From assembly GCA_965262915.1 (NCBI GenBank), contig OZ253564.1, forward strand, positions 3,680,001-3,744,000: a stretch of DNA of 64,000 nucleotides, given 5' to 3'. The stretch's first letter is position 1, and every line of letters starts with the position of its first letter. A model generated the notes under the pieces. It was not told the origin of the DNA, searched no databases, and worked only from the letters and a program-made list of their open reading frames with translations. This DNA comes from Candidatus Spongiisociaceae bacterium. Lineage in GTDB: Bacteria > Actinomycetota > Acidimicrobiia > Spongiisociales > Spongiisociaceae. A program made the position numbers and the translations under genes. Positions 56,347-64,000 of the stretch are shown piece by piece.

Positions 56347-57563
56347 ACCAGTCACAGTCTCTCCGCAGGCTCTTCTGGATCGGGTGGGTTGTCTGGTTTG
56401 TCCTGAGTGCTGCGTTGCTGGCGCTGCTGCCGAGCAGCCTTGCCTTTGTGACCTGGACCTATGGAGAGCGCGTGTTGTCAGTTACGTGGTCCTTCCTGGT
56501 CTCATGGGTGATTCTGTTCTGGGTTTGGCCGTTCGTCTTTCGCTTCGCCGGCTCCTTGAGAACCCTTACCAAGATAGTTCGAGGAATCCAGGGAACTCCC
56601 AAGCGGCTCTTGAACGCGATGCGCACCAATCCGCTGTTCTTCATAACCTGGGCTGTGCTGCTCGTGGGCTGGCAGGTAGCCTCCTATGTAGCGCCGGCAG
56701 GAACGCTCGAACATCCCCTGGTGCCGGGGTGGGACTATGTCTTCAGGGTGGCGTTGCCAAGAATGGCCGGAGACTGGTACGTACCCGGCGGATTCCCCCT
56801 GCCACGTGTGACTCTACTGTTCGATCAACTTGCGCCTTTCCCCGCAATCCTGGGTGAGGAAGCGAGAACCTGGCCGGCGGTGTTCTTGGCGCTCGCCTTC
56901 CACTCGTTCATGACGCTTTCGAGATTGGTGTTGGGCTTGTCGATCGGGCTCTTGGGCGGTCTCTCCACCGGTCTGGTCATCTCCTACTGGTCTGTCCTGC
57001 GGCAGATCTCTTGGACGTCGATGAACTTCTTGCGGATGATCCCCCTCTTGGCAGCCATTCCCTGGATGCAGGTCGCGTTGGGCGCCACCCTCAGGGGTCT
57101 TACCACTTTCATCGCGTTCGGTGTTTGGGTCGTGCTGGTGGTGGCAACCATGAACTCCGTGGCCAACGTGCCCGACCGGTACATCGAGAGCGCCCGCACT
57201 CTCGGCGCTTCACGCCTACGCACCTATTTCAAGGTGATCATTCCCGGTTCGATGCCCGAACTGCGGACCGCCCTCTTGCTATCCGCCGGCCTGGGGTGGT
57301 CCCTGACGATCGCCGCCGAGTTCCTCGGTTTTCCCACCGGGCTGGGATATATGGCTTCCATAGCGGTGCAGGAAACCAATACCGCCCGGCTAGTCATCGT
57401 GGCCATCGTGGTTGCTGTTTACTCTCTCCTGACTTTCTTCTTCCTCAACGAGATGTTCAAGAAGCTCGTGAGTTGGATGCCGCAGCGAACCGGCCAGACC
57501 GACATCTCGAAGATAGCCGGAGCAGCCGGAGCAGCCCGCGCCGAAACCATCCACGAGGTCTAG
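56343..57563 (+). CDS. ABC permease (TauC/SsuC-like) with N-terminal TM extension
   Basis: 'FLRMIPLLA.IP', 'IESARTLGAS', 'IAAEFLG..TGLG'. Confidence 0.85.
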   Translation: MNQSQSLRRLFWIGWVVWFVLSAALLALLPSSLAFVTWTYGERVLSVTWSFLVSWVILFWVWPFVFRFAGSLRTLTKIVRGIQGTPKRLLNAMRTNPLFFITWAVLLVGWQVASYVAPAGTLEHPLVPGWDYVFRVALPRMAGDWYVPGGFPLPRVTLLFDQLAPFPAILGEEARTWPAVFLALAFHSFMTLSRLVLGLSIGLLGGLSTGLVISYWSVLRQISWTSMNFLRMIPLLAAIPWMQVALGATLRGLTTFIAFGVWVVLVVATMNSVANVPDRYIESARTLGASRLRTYFKVIIPGSMPELRTALLLSAGLGWSLTIAAEFLGFPTGLGYMASIAVQETNTARLVIVAIVVAVYSLLTFFFLNEMFKKLVSWMPQRTGQTDISKIAGAAGAARAETIHEV

Positions 57564-57673
57564 GAGGGTGCTGAGCAACGATTCCTGCGGGGTTCGTTGC
57601 TTGGTAACCTACCTGGTCTGAGAGTTGCCGGCTACCGTGCGAACCCCTTTGCACGGGGTTTCCCAGAATCCTC
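57564..57673. mobile_element. MITE-like element, family 2, copy b, flanked by a CTAG direct repeat
   Basis: CTAG-GAGGGTGCTGAGCAAC ... GTTTCCCAGAATCCTC-CTAG; the left CTAG includes the permease stop codon. Confidence 0.65.
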
Positions 57674-57767
57674 CTAGAGCCACTGCTGGATCCGGACCCA
57701 TGACGGGCGGCTCGTCCGGAACACCGGTCTGTTTCCCGCCTGCGACCACCACGGCTGGTAGGCACGG

Positions 57768-58682
57768 GTGTTCCTAGGAACTGTATTCGGTCTGGTCACC
57801 GCGTTGACCCTGGGGGTCAACAATCTGCTGACCGCGGTGGTGGCCCGTCGGTTCGGCGTGCTGCGCTCCACCACCGTCACCCTGACTATTGCCTTTGTGG
57901 TGATGATCGCTTGGGCGATGGTCATCGGTGTGCCCTACGAGATCACGACCGACCAGATCATCTTGCTGGGATTACTCGGTGCCGCAGCAGCCACATCCTT
58001 CCTGGGAAGCTACATGGCCCTACGCCTCGGTCCCGTGTCGGTGGTGAGTCCCATCTCGGCCCTATCCGGCGCCGTTACCGTGCTCTACTCCTACTGGCTG
58101 CTCGCAGAGAGACCGACCGCAGTGCAGTGGATCGGTATTCCCATCGCCGCCCTTGGAGCGGTCCTGGCGTCGCTAGTCATCGAAAAAGGCACCAAAATCC
58201 GGCTGGTCACATGGGGTCCGGTCTTCGCCATGATCGCAGTGCTGGTGGGATCGCTCTCCAATGCCGGTCTGAAAATCCCGATCCGTGACGGACTCGACTC
58301 CAACTGGACCATCATCACGCAGCGCTTCTACACCGTTGCCTACATAGCGCTGCTGTTCGTGATCATCGCCCGCATTACCCAGAACCGACACCGGGAAGGA
58401 AAAACTTCTCGATTGGAGGACTGGGACAAGAGGCAGTCGAAGATCACCTGGCGGAACGGTTGGCTGCTGGGAGTGGTCGGGATAATCGACGCCGTGTCTT
58501 TCGTGACGTTCGGATACGGCTTGGCCTATGCCCCGGCCTGGCTGATCGGGATCCTCTCCCAGAGCGGCCGGGTGATAGCTGTGGTCGGCGGCGTGATCTT
58601 CTTCCACGAACGTCTCCACCACCTGCAGTGGGCCGGGGTGGGACTGGTCGCAGTCGGCCTGGTCATGTCCATCGCTGGCTAG
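57768..58682 (+). CDS. EamA/DMT-family transporter
   Basis: ~10 TM helices; 'GPVSVVSPI', 'L.ER.T..QW.GI'. Confidence 0.85.
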   Translation: MFLGTVFGLVTALTLGVNNLLTAVVARRFGVLRSTTVTLTIAFVVMIAWAMVIGVPYEITTDQIILLGLLGAAAATSFLGSYMALRLGPVSVVSPISALSGAVTVLYSYWLLAERPTAVQWIGIPIAALGAVLASLVIEKGTKIRLVTWGPVFAMIAVLVGSLSNAGLKIPIRDGLDSNWTIITQRFYTVAYIALLFVIIARITQNRHREGKTSRLEDWDKRQSKITWRNGWLLGVVGIIDAVSFVTFGYGLAYAPAWLIGILSQSGRVIAVVGGVIFFHERLHHLQWAGVGLVAVGLVMSIAG

Positions 58683-58768
58683 CGGCGGGGCCCATGAGCT
58701 TGCTGAACCATATATAATAGCGTACAATGATATAGAATCATGCCAGATTCGAGGATATTGAGGATACG

Positions 58769-59233
58769 ATGCAGACGTTCACGTACCAGGATGCTGCCCG
58801 GCAGCTGCTGACCCAGGGCTTCGAGGAACTGGCCGAGGGCGACTCCCGACAGGCATCGGAAAAAGGCTGGGGCGCCGCCGCGCAAATGATCAAGGCCGTC
58901 GCTTCCGATCGCGGTTGGAAGCACGACAGCCACGCCGCCCTTTATGCGGTCATCGACCGGCTGGTGAAGGAAACCGGCGACGATGACATCCGCAACCGGT
59001 TCAGTACAGCGAACGCCCTTCACCAGAACTTCTACGAAAACTGGGGTAGTACCGACTACGTGGCCGGAGGGCTGGCAGACGTACGTGAGTTGCTGGACAA
59101 GCTGGAACCGCTGCTGGAGAGAGATCCAGTTTCTCCCATACCCACCCACAATCGGCGGCGGTCACCTCCAACACGCCACTGCACGAATCCTTTGAAGGCC
59201 CACACCAGGCTCGGTACCTACCAAGTTCGATGA
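58769..59233 (+). CDS. PaREP1-family (HEPN clan) protein, copy 1
   Basis: 'EEL..GD.RQASEKGWGAAAQ..KAVA..RGW.H.SH', 'A..LH.NFYE'. Confidence 0.8.
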   Translation: MQTFTYQDAARQLLTQGFEELAEGDSRQASEKGWGAAAQMIKAVASDRGWKHDSHAALYAVIDRLVKETGDDDIRNRFSTANALHQNFYENWGSTDYVAGGLADVRELLDKLEPLLERDPVSPIPTHNRRRSPPTRHCTNPLKAHTRLGTYQVR

Positions 59234-59300
59234 TCGTCAACGCGGCAGGGTGTTATCCGTTGCCTTGCCAAAGCATGTTACAACATTATATAATGATGTC

Positions 59301-59336
59301 GAAAGACGATAACGGTCAGAAAGACGATAACGGTCA
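59301..59336. repeat. 18-bp tandem duplication before PaREP1 copy 2
   Basis: GAAAGACGATAACGGTCA x2, preceded by the palindrome CATTATATAATG (59284-59295). Confidence 0.85.
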
Positions 59337-59345
59337 GGAGGTAGG

Positions 59346-59732
59346 ATGCAGACGTTGACGTACCAGGATGCTGCCCGGCAGCTGCTGACCCAGGGCTTCG
59401 AGGAGCTAGCCGGGGGCGACTCCCGGCAGGCATCGGAAAAAGGCTGGGGCGCCGCCGCGCAGATGATCAAGGCCATTGCTTCCAACCGCGGTTGGAAGCA
59501 CGACAGCCACGCCGCCCTCTACGCCGTCATCGACCGGCTCGTCAAGGAGACCGCCGATGATGGCATCCACGTCGGGTTTGGCATAGCCAACAGCCTTCAC
59601 CAGAACTTCTACGAAAACTGGGGTAGTACCGACTACGTGGCTAGAGGGTTGGTACACGTGAGGGATCTCCTGAACAGGCTGGAACCGTTGCTGGATCTGA
59701 GTGGGAGTCAGCACAAGCAGCGCTCGGGATAG
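59346..59732 (+). CDS. PaREP1-family protein, copy 2
   Basis: Same motifs as copy 1. Confidence 0.8.
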   Translation: MQTLTYQDAARQLLTQGFEELAGGDSRQASEKGWGAAAQMIKAIASNRGWKHDSHAALYAVIDRLVKETADDGIHVGFGIANSLHQNFYENWGSTDYVARGLVHVRDLLNRLEPLLDLSGSQHKQRSG

Positions 59733-59742
59733 GGAACGTACG

Positions 59743-60096
59743 ATGCAGACGTTGACGTACCAGGATGCAGCCCGGCAGTTGCTGGCCCAAAGCTTCGAGG
59801 AGCTAGCCGAGGGCGACTCCCGCCAGGCATCCGAGAAGGGCTGGGACGCAGCCGCGAAAATGGTCAAGGCCGTCGCCTCCATCCGCGGTTGGAAGCATGA
59901 CGGCCACGCTGCCCTTTTCGCTGTCATCAGCCGGTTGGTGAAGGAGACCGGCGACGACGACATCCGCCGCTGGTTCGGTATGGCCGTCGCCCTTCACCAG
60001 AACTCCTGCGAGAACTGGGGTAGCGCCGACTACGTGGCTGCAGGGCTGGCATGCGTGCGTGATCTGCTGAGCAAACTCGAACCTTTGCTGGAGTGA
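59743..60096 (+). CDS. PaREP1-family protein, copy 3 (NFYE changed to NSCE)
   Basis: Same scaffold with several changes at conserved sites. Confidence 0.75.
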   Translation: MQTLTYQDAARQLLAQSFEELAEGDSRQASEKGWDAAAKMVKAVASIRGWKHDGHAALFAVISRLVKETGDDDIRRWFGMAVALHQNSCENWGSADYVAAGLACVRDLLSKLEPLLE

Positions 60097-60147
60097 GACG
60101 AGTGCTTCTCCGACGCCCGCCCCCAACCACGGTTCACAACTGACCTG

Positions 60148-60501
60148 ATGCGAACGTTAACGTACCGGGATGCCGCCTGGCAGTTGCTGGCCCAGGGCTT
60201 CGAGGAGTTGGCCGAGGGCGACTCCCGGCAGGCATCCGAGAAGGGATGGGGCGCCGCCGCCCAGATGATCAAGGCCGTCGCATCCGGCCGCGGTTGGAAG
60301 CATGACAGCCACGCTGCCCTTTACGCTGTCATCGACCGGCTGGCAAAGGAGACCGGCGGCGACGACATCCGCCACCGGTTCGGTATCGCCAACGTCCTTC
60401 ACCAGAACTTCTACGAGAACTGGGTTGACACCGACTACGTGGCCAAAGGGCTGGCAGACGTACGGGAACTGCTGAACAGACTGGAACCGTTGCTGGAGTG
60501 A
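60148..60501 (+). CDS. PaREP1-family protein, copy 4
   Basis: Same motifs as copy 1. Confidence 0.8.
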   Translation: MRTLTYRDAAWQLLAQGFEELAEGDSRQASEKGWGAAAQMIKAVASGRGWKHDSHAALYAVIDRLAKETGGDDIRHRFGIANVLHQNFYENWVDTDYVAKGLADVRELLNRLEPLLE

Positions 60502-60659
60502 GAGGAAAGCTTCTCCAACGCCTACCACCCGATCTAACCATGCGGTATTCCATACATTCCTCGACCCGGTCTACGCGGCGGTACGGGTGCTCAACCGTGC
60601 GTGTGATCGCGGAGTACCTTCCCGATCGTACGGTCGCTCTGGACGGTGCGCAATGCCGA

Positions 60660-61510
60660 GTCAACTCGCGGACGACCAAGCCGAGGGTGTAGGCCGCTAT
60701 TCGAGCGTCCAGACCGACGCCGGTGAGAACCACAGTCGAAGCAGGAGGAGCGAGGTCCAATGCTTCTGCTACTGCGGATGAATCTCCGGTTACCTCGATG
60801 ATGGCGTCGGGCCCGTTTCTCCACCCTGCTTCCGCCAGGACGTCCCCAAGCTCATCGGGACCGGCGACTACCCGCTCTCCCATGACTCCGCCCAGCGCTC
60901 TCCGGGCCGGCTGTGGCTCGGAAAGCGCTACCGTGAGACCGGCAAGGGCACCGACCAGGACGGTAAGCAATCCGGCCGGTCCGCCCCCTAGCACCAGCAG
61001 ATGTTGTCCGGCCGTGAGGCCACTGAGCCCTACGAAGTGGAGGGCGCAGGCGAGGGGCTCCACAAAGATCGCCTCTCCCGCAGCAAGACCGTCCGGGAGC
61101 CTTGTGGTTCACCACGCCGGAGCAGTGAACAGGTCAGCGAAGCATCCGTCCCGAGTGATCCCCATGTGTCGGCTGTTGAGACAGACGTTGGGAAGACCGC
61201 GGACGCAAGAAGTGCAAGCACGACACGGAAACAGCGGTTCGACCACGACTCGGTCTCCCTCGCTAGGCACGGATGCACCGTAGGCATTCCATCCGTTGCC
61301 CGGCCCGACGGCAACGACCTCCGCCACGGTCTCGCGGCCGAGGACGATGGGAAGTGTCGGATCTGACACCCCCTCCAAGTAGACGTGAACATCCGTGGAG
61401 CAGACTCCGCTGACGATCGGGCGGAGAAGGAACTCTGCCTGGCCGGGAAGAGGATCAGGCAGATCGACGACACTGCCCGATCCGACGTCGGTCATCTGAA
61501 AGGCTTTCAT
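60660..61510 (-). pseudogene. Zn-dependent (threonine/sorbitol-dehydrogenase-like) dehydrogenase pseudogene
   Basis: GVCSTD, CRACTSC...C, EPLAC, GGGPAG; in-frame TGA at 61109-61111; GHE changed to GRE; similarity lost after 'LVVRELT'. Confidence 0.8.
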
Positions 61511-61543
61511 GAGGTGACCTTCCTTTCGACGAAGCCTCGACGG

Positions 61544-62383
61544 TTACGTTTCTGGGAAGTTGTACTGGAAGACTCCTCCGGTGCGGATCATCTCGGCGGC
61601 GATTCCGTCCGCGTGCTGGATGAAGCGGTTCAGCATGGCGTTGACCTGATCCGGGACATCTTGGAGAGCCTTATGTCCGGCTCCCACCGGCTTGCCGACC
61701 ACCACCTGGGGGCACAACTCTCGAAGCAGGTCCAGATCAAGATGGGGCTGGCCGCAATCGATGTAGAGGTAGGGACATTCGACTTTGGAGACCACCGGCC
61801 CCGCGTCGAAAGCCATCATGCCGGCCCAGCCGTTGAGGATCACATGGTCGGGAACCTCGGCGAGCCGATCAGCAATGGTGGCCACTCGCGACGGGTCGTC
61901 GGTGGGCAGGTAGGAGGCCATCAGGAACATGCGCAGCGTCTCCCGATAGTCTTGATCCGCGGTCATCAGGTGGTCAAACGGTCCGTGATGGCGCTGGTGC
62001 CATCCGGGTATATTGCTCGGCGAATCCAGGCTGGCGATAGCCCCCACCAGCTCGGGGTGGCGGGCGGCGGTCGAGATGATCACCTGCCCACCCATGCTCT
62101 GACCCACGAGAACCGGCTTCTCGAGGCCCAGGTGGCGGATCAAGGCTGCCACATCGTCGGCATGACCTTCCATCGTATAGATCTCGTCGGGCTTGTCGCT
62201 GTCACCGTGACCACGCAGATCGACCGCGACACACCGATGGTTGGGAGCGAAATACTCTTCCTGGAAACCGAAACCCCCACGGTTTCCGAATCCGCCGTGG
62301 ATGAAGACGATGGCCGGGTCGCCGGTCCCTAGTTGGTGATGGGCGATGCGTACGCCGTCGGATGTGGTGAAGAATTCAGTCAT
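61544..62383 (-). CDS. Alpha/beta hydrolase, paralog 1
   Basis: FIHG, DLRGHG.S, GQSMGG, GAGH. Confidence 0.9.
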   Translation of the reverse strand: MTEFFTTSDGVRIAHHQLGTGDPAIVFIHGGFGNRGGFGFQEEYFAPNHRCVAVDLRGHGDSDKPDEIYTMEGHADDVAALIRHLGLEKPVLVGQSMGGQVIISTAARHPELVGAIASLDSPSNIPGWHQRHHGPFDHLMTADQDYRETLRMFLMASYLPTDDPSRVATIADRLAEVPDHVILNGWAGMMAFDAGPVVSKVECPYLYIDCGQPHLDLDLLRELCPQVVVGKPVGAGHKALQDVPDQVNAMLNRFIQHADGIAAEMIRTGGVFQYNFPET

Positions 62384-62455
62384 GAGTTGGAGGATAGTGG
62401 TCAGGGGTCAGTGGCAGTTTGTACAACGGGGGCACGGACCACGGGCCGCTGACCA

Positions 62456-63295
62456 CTACATCTCGGGAAAGTTGTACTGGAAGACCCCTCCGGTGCGGAC
62501 CATCTCGGCGGCGATTCCGTCTGCATGCTGGATAAGACGGTTCAGCATGGCGTTGATCTGATCCGGCACGTCCTGGAGAGCCTTGTGACCGGCTCCCACC
62601 GTCTTGCCTATCACGACCTGCGGACACAGCTCCCGGAGAAGATCCAGATCCACATCGGGTTGGCCGCAGTCGATATACAGATAGGGACACCTGACCCCCT
62701 GCAGGGTCGCGGTGGGGTTGTAGTCCTTCTTACCCGCCCAACTGTTGAGGATCACATGGTCAGGAACCTCGGCCAGCCGTTCCGCCATCTTCCCGAGCCG
62801 GGAGGGATGGTCGGTGGGGAGGTAGGCGGCGCTGAGAAAGGCGATGAGCGTCTCCCGGAAGGGCCCATCCTCGGTCATCAGGTGGTCATAGGGACCATGG
62901 AATCTCTGGTGCCATCCGGGGATGTTGCTGGGTGAGTCCAGGCTGGCGATGGCCCCCACCAGCTCGGGATAGTGGGCGGCAACGGCGATGATCACCTGCC
63001 CGCCCATGCTCTGGCCCACCAGCACCGGCTTCTCCAACCCCAGGTGACGGATCAGTTCGGCCACATCATGCCCGTGCTGGTCCATCGTATAGAGCGCGTC
63101 AGGTTTGTCGCTCTCACCGTGGCCACGCAGATCCACGGCTATGCACCGGTGACTAGGCGAGAAGTACTCCTCCTGAAAACCGAAGCCCAACCGGTTGCTA
63201 TAGGCGCCGTGAATGAAGACGATGGGCGGGTCGCCGGCGCCCACTTCGTGGTAGGCGATACGCACCCCGCCAGAGGTGATGATCCATTCAGTCAT
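62456..63295 (-). CDS. Alpha/beta hydrolase, paralog 2
   Basis: Same motifs, collinear with paralog 1. Confidence 0.9.
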   Translation of the reverse strand: MTEWIITSGGVRIAYHEVGAGDPPIVFIHGAYSNRLGFGFQEEYFSPSHRCIAVDLRGHGESDKPDALYTMDQHGHDVAELIRHLGLEKPVLVGQSMGGQVIIAVAAHYPELVGAIASLDSPSNIPGWHQRFHGPYDHLMTEDGPFRETLIAFLSAAYLPTDHPSRLGKMAERLAEVPDHVILNSWAGKKDYNPTATLQGVRCPYLYIDCGQPDVDLDLLRELCPQVVIGKTVGAGHKALQDVPDQINAMLNRLIQHADGIAAEMVRTGGVFQYNFPEM

Positions 63296-63374
63296 GGGCT
63301 GGAGGATAGTTCCCGTGGCCCGCTGCCCTCCTGAGCCGGTAGACGGTCGTCGTGACCACTAACCACTAACCACG

Positions 63375-64000
63375 CTAGGTCTTGGGGAAGTTGTACTGGA
63401 AGACCCCTCCGGTGCGGACCATCTCGGCGGCGATTCCGTCCGCATGCTGGATGAAACGGTTCAGCATGGCGTTGATCTGGTCCGGCACGTCCTTGGTGGC
63501 CTGGTGTCCGGCACCGACCGTCTTGCCGATCACCACTTGCGGGCAAAGCTCGCGGAGCAGATCAAGGTCGAGGTCGGGCTGGCCGCAGTCGATATACAGG
63601 TAGGGACACTCCACCTGTTGCAGGGTCTCGGTCGGGTCGTAGGCGCTCATCGCCTGCCAGGCTCTGACGATCACATGGTCGGGTATCCCGGCCAGCCGTT
63701 CTGCCAGCCCCCCAACCCGGGAAGGATCGTCAGTGGGGAGGTAGGCCGCTCTCAGAAACTTGTGTACGGCCTCCCGGTAGGGGCCGTCGAAGGTCATCAG
63801 ATGGTCGAAGGGGGCATGGAATCGTCTCTGCCATCCGGGGAGGTTGCTGGGCGAGTCCAGGCTGGCCACCGCGCCCACCAACTCGGGATGGCGGGCGGCC
63901 ACGGAGATGACCACCTGCCCGCCCATGCTGTGACCCACCAGGATGGAACGCCGCAACCCCAACTGCCGCATCACTTCGGCCATGTCGTCGGCGTACCGGA
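63375..64000 (-). CDS. Alpha/beta hydrolase, paralog 3 (5' end outside the window)
   Basis: GHSMGG, GAGH, same C-terminus as paralogs 1 and 2. Confidence 0.85.
   Translation of the reverse strand, partial: RYADDMAEVMRQLGLRRSILVGHSMGGQVVISVAARHPELVGAVASLDSPSNLPGWQRRFHAPFDHLMTFDGPYREAVHKFLRAAYLPTDDPSRVGGLAERLAGIPDHVIVRAWQAMSAYDPTETLQQVECPYLYIDCGQPDLDLDLLRELCPQVVIGKTVGAGHQATKDVPDQINAMLNRFIQHADGIAAEMVRTGGVFQYNFPKT

Noticed and set aside
58769-60501. CRISPR array or DGR template/variable repeats
   Set aside because: The repeats are whole coding genes. There is no repeat-spacer periodicity, no cas or RT gene, and no adenine-specific pattern.
61109-61111. In-frame TGA as selenocysteine or readthrough
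   Set aside because: The position is not a Cys ligand site and is probably CGA to TGA. The gene also lost the GHE His and its C-terminus, so it is a pseudogene.
1-64000. tRNA, rRNA, integrase or transposase genes
   Set aside because: None recognised by eye; tRNAscan-SE and HMM scans were not possible.

Overview
GC-rich window from an actinobacterium, probably Acidimicrobiia (inferred from the F420-type LLM gene and the AACG/ATACG lipoproteins with Thr/Ala stalks). It opens with a toxin-antitoxin cluster (1-2044). A ~37 kb hydrolase-rich catabolic island follows (2.4-39.7 kb). The island holds three TenA/thiaminase II paralogs, four TRZ/ATZ-type deaminase-like amidohydrolases, four amidohydrolase_2 enzymes, two MBL lactonase-like enzymes, hydantoinase/oxoprolinase A+B, an LLM oxidoreductase, ADH, SDRs, a Dpp-type ABC importer, and a CoA-ligase/epimerase/SucCD-like/carboxyltransferase/biotin-carrier operon. 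The right part has two more ABC importers (one with a frameshifted SBP), a four-copy PaREP1 (HEPN-clan) array, a decayed Zn-dehydrogenase and three tandem alpha/beta-hydrolase paralogs. Best candidate for a new system: a catabolic (not salvage) pathway for thiamine or related pyrimidines. All three TenAs keep the catalytic Cys and Glu but have QN instead of the canonical QD, and two are directly adjacent to deaminase-like genes, which suggests deamination first and cleavage of an oxo-pyrimidine second. Other signals: an ~870 bp apparently identical repeat with an abrupt GT-to-AC skew switch, three families of MITE-like elements, twin palindromic operators, and a shared coiled-coil stalk on two unrelated SBPs. 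All family calls come from motif recognition by eye; no database search was run.
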